From: Deltaproteobacteria bacterium
Lineage (GTDB): Bacteria; Myxococcota_A; UBA9160; SMWR01
Length of the DNA: 27,084 bases
Direction of reading: 5' to 3'
NCBI GenBank assembly: GCA_032128115.1
Contig: JAQBHB010000024.1
Coordinates: 1-27,084 of the forward strand
The position numbers and the translations under genes were made by a program. This document shows, one piece after another, positions 15,082 through 24,051 of the stretch. Every line of letters begins with the position of its first letter. Within the stretch, counting starts at the first letter, position 1. The notes beneath the pieces are model-generated. The model was not told the DNA's origin, did no database searches, and saw nothing but the letters and a program-made list of their open reading frames with translations.

Positions 15082-16748
15082 GCCTCGATACGAGGCGAAT
15101 GGCGCTGGCGGTGGGGATCGCGGCGGCGACGGCAGCGGTTTTTGCGCCGGTGCTCGGTCACGACTGGCTCAACTACGACGACCCCATCTACGTCAGCGAC
15201 AATCCGGCGATCCGCCTGGGCCTGTCGCCCGAGGCCGTCGCCTGGGCCTTCTCGAACTTCTACGGCGCCAACTGGTTTCCCCTGACCTGGTTGTCGTGGA
15301 TGCTCGACTACGAGATCCGCGGCATGCAGCCAGCGGTCTTCCACGCCACCAGCGTGCTGCTCCACATGGCGAGCGCGGCGGTGCTGTTCGCGGCGCTCAC
15401 GCGCCTGACCGGCTGCGCGTTGCGCAGCGCCTTCGTTGCCGCGGTCTTCGCCGTGCACCCCCTGCACGTGGAGTCGGTGGCCTGGATCGCCGCTCGCAAG
15501 GATCCCCTGAGCGGATTGTTCTTCTTCCTGGCGCTCCTGGCGTACGCACCGTCTGCACGAAACCAACGCGGACGCCGCATGCCGTGGGTGTTCGTGTTCA
15601 TGGCGCTCTCGCTCATGGCCAAGCCGATCGCGGTGACGCTTCCGCTGCTGCTGCTGCTCCTCGACGCGTGGCCACTGCGGCGCCTGCAGCGCCGGGACGG
15701 CGCGGGATGGGACACGACCCGGATCCGGAGCGCCGTGGTGGAGAAGCTCCCGCTGTTCGCCCTCACTGCGGCGGCCGGCGTCGTCACGGTGATGGCCCAG
15801 AGCAGCGGGGGGGCCCTGGCGTCGCTCGACCAGGCCTCTCTCGGCTCCCGGGTGGCCAACGCGCTGGTGGCCTACACCGGCTACCTGGGCAAGACGTTCT
15901 GGCCCTCGGGGCTAGCGGTCTTCTACCCGCACCAGGGGGAGCTGGCGTCGGGTGCGCGCATCGCGTTCTCGGCCGTTTGCCTGGTCGCCACCACCCTGGC
16001 GGCCGCCCTGGCAGCGAGGCGACAGCCCGCGGTGCTGGTGGGCTGGCTCTGGTATCTGGGCACCCTGGTGCCGGTGATCGGCCTGGTGCAGGTGGGGTCG
16101 CAGGCCATGGCCGACCGCTACACGTATCTGCCGCTGGTGGGTCTGGCCCTGGCCGTGGCCTGGGGCGCACCGGCCCTGCTGCCGGACCGTGCCTGGCGGG
16201 GACGGGCCCTGACCGCCCTCGCGTTCGGGGCGATCGCCGCCCTTTGTGGGGTCGCGTCGCTGCAAGTGCGCCACTGGCGAAACAGTGAGTCGCTGTTCCG
16301 CCACGCCCTGGCCGTCACCGAGAACAACCACGTGGCCCACGCCTACCTGGGCGACAGCCTGTTGGCTCAGGGCCGCACCGGCGAGGCCCTGCCCCTGTTT
16401 CGCGAGGCGGTGCGCCTGCGGCCGGACTTCCTGGCGGCCGCAAACAACCTGGCCTGGCTGCTGGCCACGATCGACGATGACGAGCTTCGCAATCCGTACC
16501 TGGCCGTGGGTCTGGCCCAGCGGGCGAGCGGCCTCACCGGCGGTCACGACCCCGAGGTGCTCGACACCCTGGCCGCCGCGTACGCGGCGTCGGGACGATT
16601 CGGGGAGGCCGTGGCCGCGGCGGAGCAGGCCCTGGTCCTGGCCGAAGCCGCCGGCTCTTTGGAGCTGGTGTCAGCACTGAAGACGCGGCTCGCGCTGTAT
16701 CGAGCCGACACTGCCCTTCGCGAGCCCGCGCGGCCGCCGGATCCCTAG
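15072..16748 (+). CDS. TMTC-like GT-C glycosyltransferase with C-terminal TPRs (third, divergent copy)
   Basis: Motifs NYDDPIYVSDN, NWFPLTWLSWMLD, HPLHVESVAWIAARKD, MAKP, MADRYTYLP, HWRNSESLF, and TPRs NNLAWLLAT...DTLAAAYA. Alternative ATG at 15099. Confidence 0.88.
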   Translation: MALSLDTRRMALAVGIAAATAAVFAPVLGHDWLNYDDPIYVSDNPAIRLGLSPEAVAWAFSNFYGANWFPLTWLSWMLDYEIRGMQPAVFHATSVLLHMASAAVLFAALTRLTGCALRSAFVAAVFAVHPLHVESVAWIAARKDPLSGLFFFLALLAYAPSARNQRGRRMPWVFVFMALSLMAKPIAVTLPLLLLLLDAWPLRRLQRRDGAGWDTTRIRSAVVEKLPLFALTAAAGVVTVMAQSSGGALASLDQASLGSRVANALVAYTGYLGKTFWPSGLAVFYPHQGELASGARIAFSAVCLVATTLAAALAARRQPAVLVGWLWYLGTLVPVIGLVQVGSQAMADRYTYLPLVGLALAVAWGAPALLPDRAWRGRALTALAFGAIAALCGVASLQVRHWRNSESLFRHALAVTENNHVAHAYLGDSLLAQGRTGEALPLFREAVRLRPDFLAAANNLAWLLATIDDDELRNPYLAVGLAQRASGLTGGHDPEVLDTLAAAYAASGRFGEAVAAAEQALVLAEAAGSLELVSALKTRLALYRADTALREPARPPDP

Positions 16749-17722
16749 GAAGATTCGGCGTCGCCGCCGGAACGGGGGTGCGCGAGTACGTGCACCGTCG
16801 CCCCGCTGCGCGCCAGGGTCTCCACGGTGGTGAGCGCGATCCCGGCGGGAGCTCCCAGCAGCAGCCAGAGCCACAGCCAGCCCCGTGTGCGCCGGTCGAA
16901 GGGAGGCGCCTCCCCCCGGGCCCGTCGGTGCAGCAGCGTGTACAGACCGTTGCGCGGAAGCCGCGACAGGCGGTTGAGGCCGCTCTGGATCCATCCGAAT
17001 GGATTCTGGCGCAGCGAGAAGTGGTGCTCGACTTCCAGGTCGAAGCCGGTGGACTCGAGCAGCCGTCGCAGCGCGGTCAGCGGAAAGTGGTAGAGGTGTC
17101 GCGGGTAATCCAGGTGGAACCAGGCGGGCCCGGCCCAACGCGCCTGGAGACTCGAAAAATTGGGCACGGCCACCACAAGCCGCCCTCCGGGCTTCAGGAT
17201 TCGGTGTGCTTCCTCCAGAACGCCGCGGGGGTCCTCCAGATGCTCGAGCACGTGCCAGATCAGGATCTGATCGAAGAAGTGGTCGGGATAACCGGCATCC
17301 GCCAGCCGCGGGGCGATCTTCAGCTGGACCCGCGAGTCGGCACCGCGAGCCGCCTGGGCGCTCACCTCCACGCCGTGCACCTGGGCGCCGCGATCCGCCA
17401 GCGCTCCCAGCACCACGCCGCGGCCGCAGCCCACGTCGAGCACCCGGGCGCCCTGGGGCAAGCCGCGCGACAGGAAGGCCAGATGACGCGAGCCCACCCA
17501 GCGCACCAGCGTCTCGATCAGCGGCTGGAACTTCGAGCCCGGCTCGCCGTAGTACTCGTCGGGGTAGAACGCGCGCACATGGTCGGAATCCGGCAGCGGA
17601 TCCAGGCGCCCGAGCCCGCAATCCGTACACACCACCACGCGCCACGCACTGCCCTCTCCCTCGTAACGCGGCAGGGCGTCCTCGCAGCGGCAGACCGGGC
17701 ACGGATCGACACGCACGAGCAC
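16745..17722 (-). CDS. Class I SAM-dependent methyltransferase with N-terminal Zn ribbon; start uncertain
   Basis: CPVC...CTDC, VLDVGCGRG, WHVLEHLEDP, LKPGGRLVVAVPN, PRHLYHF. Confidence 0.9.
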   Translation of the reverse strand: MLVRVDPCPVCRCEDALPRYEGEGSAWRVVVCTDCGLGRLDPLPDSDHVRAFYPDEYYGEPGSKFQPLIETLVRWVGSRHLAFLSRGLPQGARVLDVGCGRGVVLGALADRGAQVHGVEVSAQAARGADSRVQLKIAPRLADAGYPDHFFDQILIWHVLEHLEDPRGVLEEAHRILKPGGRLVVAVPNFSSLQARWAGPAWFHLDYPRHLYHFPLTALRRLLESTGFDLEVEHHFSLRQNPFGWIQSGLNRLSRLPRNGLYTLLHRRARGEAPPFDRRTRGWLWLWLLLGAPAGIALTTVETLARSGATVHVLAHPRSGGDAESS

Positions 17723-17844
17723 GCAGGGCGGGGCGACTTCGCGAAGGGGTCGCTCGTAGAGTCCCGCGCTCAGGAGAGCACCTCGTTGGGGAACAGGGGT
17801 GGTGGCTGCCCCGCACGGGCCGTAGCCGGTATGGTAAGCCGCCA

Positions 17845-19530
17845 GTGGGCAGCGAGCATCCCAATCCCGGCCGGGAGTCGGCGCTCCTCGCCTGTGCATT
17901 CCTGGCCTTCGTGGCCGGCGGTGCCCTGCTGGTGGCTCGCCACCTGGACGCGCCCGGGCTCTTCTACGACGAGGTGATCCAGGCCGAGCCCGCCGTGCAG
18001 TTCCTGCTCCCGGATGGACGCCCGTCGGAAACTCCCGGTTTCACCACGACCCGCCTGTGGGGCGGCTGGTTCCCGCTGATGACCCAACCCTACATGGGGG
18101 CGCTCAAGAGCCAGCTGCTGATCCCCGTTTTCGCCGTATTCGGCGCCAGCGCCGAAACCTTGCGGCTCACCACGCTGATCTGGGGGTGGCTGGGACTCGG
18201 ACTCGCCATGGTCTTCACCCGTCAGATCGCCGGGCTCGGCGCGGCCGTGTTGGCCGGAGCATTCCTGGCCAGCGATCCCGGCTTCCTGCTGGTGAGCCGA
18301 CACGACTGGGGCGCGGTGACCCTGGGACTGATATTGCGCTGCGGCGGTCTCGTGCTCGCCACCTGGGGCTGGCGGCGGCGGCGGACGGGGCTGCTGGTAG
18401 CCGCCGGGATCCTGTTCGGGGTGGGCCTGTTCAACAAGATCGACTTCGCGATCTTCCTGGTGGCGGCCGGCATCGCCCTGCTGGCGGCGGCGCCGGCGAC
18501 GCTGTGGCACACGCTCCGCCACGAGCCGCGTCGCGCGCTACCCCTTTGCGCGGGGTTTGCGATCGGGGCCACTCCCCTGCTCGTGGCCGTGACGCAGGTC
18601 TGGGAAGCCACCCGCATCCTCTTCCGGCAACAGGGCGGCGCCGAAACGAACTGGGACATCAAGTTCCACGTTCTGGTGTCGATGATGGACGGCTCGTACT
18701 TCCACCGCATGATGCTCACCGGGGGCGACTTCGGTCGCATGCCGGCGGTGGAGGGCGCCGCAGAAAGCCCGTTCCTGTGGATCTTCGCGGCCAGTGTGAT
18801 CTTCCTGGCGTTGCGCGCGTGGCTCCGCCCGGAACGGTCGGATGCCGAACGCGCCCAGGTCTTCGTCGCCGTGACCGCGGTGATGAGCGGCGCCGGCTTC
18901 CTGCTGATGCCGGGGGCCGAACGCATCCACCACGCCATGAACGCCCTCCCGTTCGCGCACCTGACGGTGGCCCTGGCCGCGGTGGCGGTGTGGCGGCTGG
19001 TGGAACGACCGGGCCTCCCCCGCGCCCTGCTGCACGCCACGGCGGCGGCCGTGACCGCGGCGGTTCTGGCCGGCAACCTGGTGGTGTGCGCGCGTACGCT
19101 CGCGACGATCCACGAGACCGGGGGCAAGGGACGCTGGTCCAACGCCCTGGCCGACTTCGGCCGGGAGCTCGAGGCTGAATCGGGGGTGGCCGCGGTGAGC
19201 CTCGACTGGGGCCTGTACGGACCGCTGCGCTTCTCGTCGCGGAACCTCACCCTCACCGAAGCCATCTGGAAGATGAGCCGCCCCGGGCTTCGCCAGGGGC
19301 CCTGGGTCTACGAGGGCAACGCACAGACCGTCTACCTGCTGTATCCCCCGGAATACGCCCTGTTCGACTTCGGTGCCTCGCTGCTGCGCGAAATCGAGAC
19401 CCTGCCACCGGGATCCGCCCAGGTGCGCCGACACGCCGACGCCAGCGGCGACCTGGCCTTCCTGTCGGTGCGCTTCGCCGGGCCCCACCGGCTCGTCTAC
19501 GATCGGGACCTCGAGGTGCGGCTGCGGTGA
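17845..19530 (+). CDS. ArnT/PMT-like GT-C membrane glycosyltransferase
   Basis: TM1 followed by LDAPGLFYDE (acidic DE motif), PLMTQPYMGALKS, GVGLFNKIDF, multiple TM segments and a soluble C-terminal domain. GTG start inferred. Confidence 0.8.
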   Translation: MGSEHPNPGRESALLACAFLAFVAGGALLVARHLDAPGLFYDEVIQAEPAVQFLLPDGRPSETPGFTTTRLWGGWFPLMTQPYMGALKSQLLIPVFAVFGASAETLRLTTLIWGWLGLGLAMVFTRQIAGLGAAVLAGAFLASDPGFLLVSRHDWGAVTLGLILRCGGLVLATWGWRRRRTGLLVAAGILFGVGLFNKIDFAIFLVAAGIALLAAAPATLWHTLRHEPRRALPLCAGFAIGATPLLVAVTQVWEATRILFRQQGGAETNWDIKFHVLVSMMDGSYFHRMMLTGGDFGRMPAVEGAAESPFLWIFAASVIFLALRAWLRPERSDAERAQVFVAVTAVMSGAGFLLMPGAERIHHAMNALPFAHLTVALAAVAVWRLVERPGLPRALLHATAAAVTAAVLAGNLVVCARTLATIHETGGKGRWSNALADFGRELEAESGVAAVSLDWGLYGPLRFSSRNLTLTEAIWKMSRPGLRQGPWVYEGNAQTVYLLYPPEYALFDFGASLLREIETLPPGSAQVRRHADASGDLAFLSVRFAGPHRLVYDRDLEVRLR

Positions 19531-19937
19531 ACCCGATCCAGATAAGGGACATCGACCACGTGGTGCTTCGGGTCTCGGACCCGGTCCGCTCGCTCGTGTT
19601 CTACCGGGAGGTGCTTGGCTGCCGGGAGGAACGCAGTCTCGAGAAGCTGGGCCTCTACCAGCTGCGCGCGGGCTCGAGCCTGATCGACCTGGTCGCGGTG
19701 GAGGGCCCGCTGGGAAGGCTCGGCGGCCCACCCGCCGGAGAGCAGGCCCGCAACGTGGACCACTTTGCGCTGTTCCTGGAGCACTTCGACGACGCGGCCA
19801 TCCGCGATCACCTGGCGGCGCACCAGGTGGAGCCCAGCGACACCGCCGAGCGCTACGGCGCCCGCGGCATGGGCCCGTCGCTCTACATCGCGGACCCCGA
19901 CGGCAACACCATCGAGCTCAAAGGCCCCGCCACCTGA
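19527..19937 (+). CDS. VOC family (glyoxalase/bleomycin resistance/dioxygenase) protein
   Basis: IDHVVLRV...FYREVLG, NVDHFAL, SLYIADPDGNTIELK; GTGA overlap with the upstream gene. Confidence 0.92.
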   Translation: MNPIQIRDIDHVVLRVSDPVRSLVFYREVLGCREERSLEKLGLYQLRAGSSLIDLVAVEGPLGRLGGPPAGEQARNVDHFALFLEHFDDAAIRDHLAAHQVEPSDTAERYGARGMGPSLYIADPDGNTIELKGPAT

Positions 19938-19943
19938 GCGGGC

Positions 19944-22124
19944 TCAGCCCAGTTCGAGATTGGCGTAGCGAACGAGCACGGTCTTGACGCCGGCGCGTTC
20001 GAACCGGATCTTGAGCTTCTGGTTCGGCTCGTTGCCCGCCACGCTCAGTACCACGCCCGGCCCGAAGACCGGATGCCGCACGCGAAGCCCCGGCCCCACT
20101 TCCGGCGAATCGCCCTGCGAATACGAGTAGTCCAGGGACGAATCGCCCCCGATCGGTGCGCCCGTGCCGGTCGACGCGAGCATCTCGCCTTCCACCACCT
20201 CCTGGGGGATCTCGCTCAGGAATCTCGACGGCACGCCATAGGATCGGGAACCGAACCGGAAGCGCTCGGCCGCACATGTGAGAGTCAACGTCTCCATGGC
20301 GCGGGTCATGCCCACGTAGCAGAGGCGTCGCTCCTCCTCGAGACCGCGGCCGTCCCGCAGTGCCGCCGAGTGGGGGAAGATCCCTTCTTCCATGCCCGAC
20401 AGGAACACCACCGGGAACTCCAGGCCCTTGGCCGAGTGCACCGTCATGAGCGATACGACCTCGTCGCGCCGATCGTAGGAGTCCAGGTCGGACACCAGGG
20501 CCACCTGGTCGAGGAACAGCTCGAGTGCCGAGCGCTCGCCCGCGAGCGCCTCGCCCCCTTCCCGCGCGAAGTCGTCGGCCGCTGCCCGGAGTTCGCGCAG
20601 GTTCTCCATGCGCGCCTCGGCCTCGGGAGTGCCTTCCTTCTCCAGGGCCCGGGTGTAGCCACTGCGATCGAGCACCCGCGCGATGGCATCGGCGGGTGCG
20701 GTGCCGTCGATCTCCGACGACAGCTGGGTCATCAGATCCGAGAAGGCGCGCAGCTTGGGAGCCGAACGGCCCCCAGCTCCCTCGCTCAGCATCTCGAGCC
20801 CCTTCAGCAGGGGGACCCCGCGCTCCCGGGCCACGGCGTCGGCGCGATCGACGCTGGTCTTGCCGATGCCCCGTGCGGGCCTGTTCACGATGCGCCGCAG
20901 GGCCATGTCGTCGGCTGGATTCATCACCAGACGCAGGTAGGCCAGGGCGTCCTTGACCTCGGCCCGGTCGTAGAAGCGAACGCCACCCACCACCACGTAG
21001 GGCACGTCGTACTTGAGCAGCTCCTCCTCGAACAGGCGCGACTGGCTGTTGGTGCGGTAGAAGATCGCGAAGCCGCCCAGGGGACGCGCGCCATCGCGTG
21101 ACTCCGCCAGGATCTGGCGCACCACGAACTGCGCCTCGACGCGGTCGTCGGGGGCCTGGTAGACGCGAATGGCGTCGCCGCCCTCGCGTTCGGTGAAGAG
21201 ATCCTTGCGGCGGCGATCCTGGTTGTGGGCCACCACGCCGCTGGCGCCGGTGAGGATCGGCTGGGTCGAGCGGTAATTGCGCTCGAGCACCACGACCGTC
21301 GCGTCGGGATAGTCGTTCTCGAAGTCGAGGATGTTCCGGATGTCGGCGCCCCGCCAGGCGTAGATGGACTGGTCGGGATCACCCACCACGCACAGATTGC
21401 GGTGCTCGCCGGCCACCTGCTCCACCAGCTTGTACTGGGCGCGGTTGGTGTCCTGGTACTCGTCGATCAGAACGTACTGCCAGCGCGTACGGTAATGGCG
21501 AAGCACCTCCGGAAAGCGGTCGAACAGCTCCGTGGTGCGCAGCAGCAGGTCGCCGAAGTCGAGGGCGTTGGCGTCCACCAGAAGGCGCTGGTAGGTGGCA
21601 TACACCTCGGCGGCCCGCTCCGAGTCCATGTCCGCGGCCTGCTCCTGGGCCGCGGCCGGCGGGACGCAGGCGTTCTTCCACTCGTCGATGCGCCACGAGA
21701 TGCGCCGCGGATCCACGGCCTTGGGGTCAAGCCCGTGGCGCTTCAGCGCCTGCTTCACCACGCCCAGGCTGTCGCTCTCGTCGTAGATCACGAAACCCGG
21801 CGAGAGCCCCAGGTGCCCGATGTCGCGGCGCAGGATGCGCACGCAGCTCGAGTGGAAGGTGGACACCCACAGGTTGTCGTGCTCGGGGCCAAGCAGCTTG
21901 CGCACGCGCTCGCGCATCTCGCCGGCGGCCTTGTTGGTGAACGTGACGGCCAGGATGCCGTCGGATGGAATTCCACACCCGCCCACCAGGTAGGCGATGC
22001 GATGGGTCAGCACCCGGGTCTTGCCGCTGCCGGCGCCCGCGAGCACCAGCAGGGGCCCCTCGGTCGTCTCGACGGCAAGACGCTGCTCGGGATTCAGGCC
22101 CTCGAGGATCTCCCCGGGCTGCAT
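19944..22124 (-). CDS. pcrA: ATP-dependent DNA helicase PcrA/UvrD
   Basis: AGAGSGKT, TFTNKAA, DEYQDTN, VGDPDQSIYAWRGA, NYRST, TVHSAKGLEFP, EEERRLCYVGMTRA, and a C-terminal Tudor-like RVRHPVFGPG. Confidence 0.96.
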   Translation of the reverse strand: MQPGEILEGLNPEQRLAVETTEGPLLVLAGAGSGKTRVLTHRIAYLVGGCGIPSDGILAVTFTNKAAGEMRERVRKLLGPEHDNLWVSTFHSSCVRILRRDIGHLGLSPGFVIYDESDSLGVVKQALKRHGLDPKAVDPRRISWRIDEWKNACVPPAAAQEQAADMDSERAAEVYATYQRLLVDANALDFGDLLLRTTELFDRFPEVLRHYRTRWQYVLIDEYQDTNRAQYKLVEQVAGEHRNLCVVGDPDQSIYAWRGADIRNILDFENDYPDATVVVLERNYRSTQPILTGASGVVAHNQDRRRKDLFTEREGGDAIRVYQAPDDRVEAQFVVRQILAESRDGARPLGGFAIFYRTNSQSRLFEEELLKYDVPYVVVGGVRFYDRAEVKDALAYLRLVMNPADDMALRRIVNRPARGIGKTSVDRADAVARERGVPLLKGLEMLSEGAGGRSAPKLRAFSDLMTQLSSEIDGTAPADAIARVLDRSGYTRALEKEGTPEAEARMENLRELRAAADDFAREGGEALAGERSALELFLDQVALVSDLDSYDRRDEVVSLMTVHSAKGLEFPVVFLSGMEEGIFPHSAALRDGRGLEEERRLCYVGMTRAMETLTLTCAAERFRFGSRSYGVPSRFLSEIPQEVVEGEMLASTGTGAPIGGDSSLDYSYSQGDSPEVGPGLRVRHPVFGPGVVLSVAGNEPNQKLKIRFERAGVKTVLVRYANLELG

Positions 22125-22187
22125 GGCGGCGCTCGTCTCCCACGTTTGCGGCGGAGGGTGAGTTCGAATGTAGACGAAATCTGCGGG

Positions 22188-24023
22188 CTATTCGACCGTG
22201 ACGCTCTTGGCCAGGTTGCGAGGCTGGTCCACATCCGTGCCCTTCAGCACGGCCACGTGGTAGGCGAGCAGCTGAAGCGGCACCACCGCCAGGATACTGG
22301 TGAGATGGGGGCCCAGATCGGGGATCGCGATCACCTCGTTCACCTTGTCGGCGATCTCCGTGTCGCCCTCGCTGGCCACGGCGATCACCACGCCGTCGCG
22401 GGTGCGCACCTGCTCCAGGTTCGACACCACCTTGTCGTAGACGGGTCCCCGGGTGGCGATCACCACCACGGGCATGTTCTCGTCGATCAGCGCGATGGGT
22501 CCGTGCTTCATCTCGCCGGCCGCGTAGCCCTCGGCGTGGATATACGAGATCTCCTTGAGCTTGAGCGCCCCTTCCATTGCGATGGGGTACATGATGCCGC
22601 GGCCCAGGTACAGGAAGTCCGTGGCGTGGAAGAACTTCTGTGCGATGGCGCGAATCGGCTCGTCGAGCTGTAGCACCTGCTCCACCAGCCGGGGCAGGCG
22701 CATCAGGTCGCGAATCAGCCCGCGGGCCTCTTCTGCGGCGATGCGTCCGCGAGCGATCCCCATCTTCGCGGCCAGGATGTAGAGCGCCGCCAGCTGGGTG
22801 GTGAACGCCTTGGTGGAGGCCACCCCGATCTCGGGCCCCGCGTGGGTGTAGAGCACGTCGTCGCTCTCGCGCGCGATGCTGGAGTCGCGTGTGTTGATGA
22901 TGGAAAGCACCCGGGCGCCGGCCTGCTTGCCCTCGCGCAGGGCTGCCAGGGTGTCGGCGGTTTCGCCCGACTGGGAGACCGGAAGTACGAGGCACGACGG
23001 GTCCAGGATCGGATTGCGATAGCGGTACTCGCTGGCCAGGTCGACCTCGGCGGACACGCCGGCGATCTGCTCGAACATGTATTTGCCCACCATGCAGGCG
23101 TAGTAGGCGGTTCCGCACGCCACCAGGTGGATGCGGCTGATCTCACCCGCGCGCTCCGGAGACATGTCGATCCCGTCGAGATCGATGTCGCTCTCCCCCT
23201 CCGCCACGCGGGTGCCGATGGTGTCCATGATCGCGCGGGGCTGCTCGAAGATCTCCTTCTGCATGAAGCGGTCGTAGCCGCCCTTCTCTGCGGAAACCGG
23301 ATCCCACTGGATGGGCCTGGGCTCGCGTTCGATGGGGCGGCCCTCGGTGTCGATCAGATCCACCCCGTCCTCGGAAAGCACCGCGAACTCGCCGTCGTCG
23401 AGGAACATCATCTGGCGCGTGTAGGGCAGGATGGCCGGGATGTCGCTGGCGAGAAACGTCTCCTTCTCGCCCAGACCCAGGATGAGGGGGCTGCCCCCGC
23501 TCTTGGCCGCCACCAGATGGTCCGGGTCGCCGGCGTTGAGCGCCGCGAAGGCATAGGAACCCTCGAGTCGGGCGCAGGCATCGCGCACGGCGCTCAGCAG
23601 GTCGCTGCCCGACGCCACACCCATGTCGATCAGGTGGGCGATGAGCTCCGTGTCGGTGTCGGATTCGATCTGGCGCCCGGCGGACTCGAGCTCGTGCCGC
23701 AGATCCCGGTAGTTCTCGATGATGCCGTTGTGGACGATCACCGAGTTGCCCGCCCGGTGCGGGTGGGCGTTGCGCTCCGAGGGCTTGCCGTGAGTGGCCC
23801 AGCGGGTGTGGCCGATGCCCACCCGGCCCAGGAGGGGCCGGTCGCGCAGGCTGCTCTCCAGGTTCGAGAGTTTGCCCAGGGTACGCCGGACGCTCAGCCC
23901 GCCCTCGTTCAGGATGGCGACGCCGGCCGAGTCGTAGCCCCGATACTCCAGGCGCCGCAGCCCATCCATGAGGACGTCCATGGCCCGGTGCTCGCGCCCG
24001 ATGTAGCCGACGATTCCACACAT
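22188..24023 (-). CDS. glmS: Glutamine--fructose-6-phosphate aminotransferase (isomerizing)
   Basis: MCGIVG N-terminus (ATG at 24023), LEYRGYDSAG, GHTRWATHG, SQSGETADT, EMKHGPIAL, DQPRNLAKSVTVE. Confidence 0.98.
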   Translation of the reverse strand: MCGIVGYIGREHRAMDVLMDGLRRLEYRGYDSAGVAILNEGGLSVRRTLGKLSNLESSLRDRPLLGRVGIGHTRWATHGKPSERNAHPHRAGNSVIVHNGIIENYRDLRHELESAGRQIESDTDTELIAHLIDMGVASGSDLLSAVRDACARLEGSYAFAALNAGDPDHLVAAKSGGSPLILGLGEKETFLASDIPAILPYTRQMMFLDDGEFAVLSEDGVDLIDTEGRPIEREPRPIQWDPVSAEKGGYDRFMQKEIFEQPRAIMDTIGTRVAEGESDIDLDGIDMSPERAGEISRIHLVACGTAYYACMVGKYMFEQIAGVSAEVDLASEYRYRNPILDPSCLVLPVSQSGETADTLAALREGKQAGARVLSIINTRDSSIARESDDVLYTHAGPEIGVASTKAFTTQLAALYILAAKMGIARGRIAAEEARGLIRDLMRLPRLVEQVLQLDEPIRAIAQKFFHATDFLYLGRGIMYPIAMEGALKLKEISYIHAEGYAAGEMKHGPIALIDENMPVVVIATRGPVYDKVVSNLEQVRTRDGVVIAVASEGDTEIADKVNEVIAIPDLGPHLTSILAVVPLQLLAYHVAVLKGTDVDQPRNLAKSVTVE

Positions 24024-24051
24024 GCGCGTTGTCTCCCTGTGCGCGGCGGCG

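Noticed and set aside
16999..17844. N-terminal extension of the ArnT-like ORF
   Set aside because: It is antisense to the methyltransferase and low-complexity; the real protein begins near GTG 17845.
28..19530. Exosortase, PrsK/PrsR or a Wzy-type EPS locus within the window
   Set aside because: No ORF shows recognisable exosortase, histidine kinase, AAA+ GAFTGA, flippase or Wza features; these would have to be encoded elsewhere.
19934..19947. CTGAGC-GG-GCTCAG inverted repeat between the convergent VOC and pcrA genes
   Set aside because: Largely formed by the two facing TGA stop codons; short stem with no U-tract, so not supportable as a terminator.
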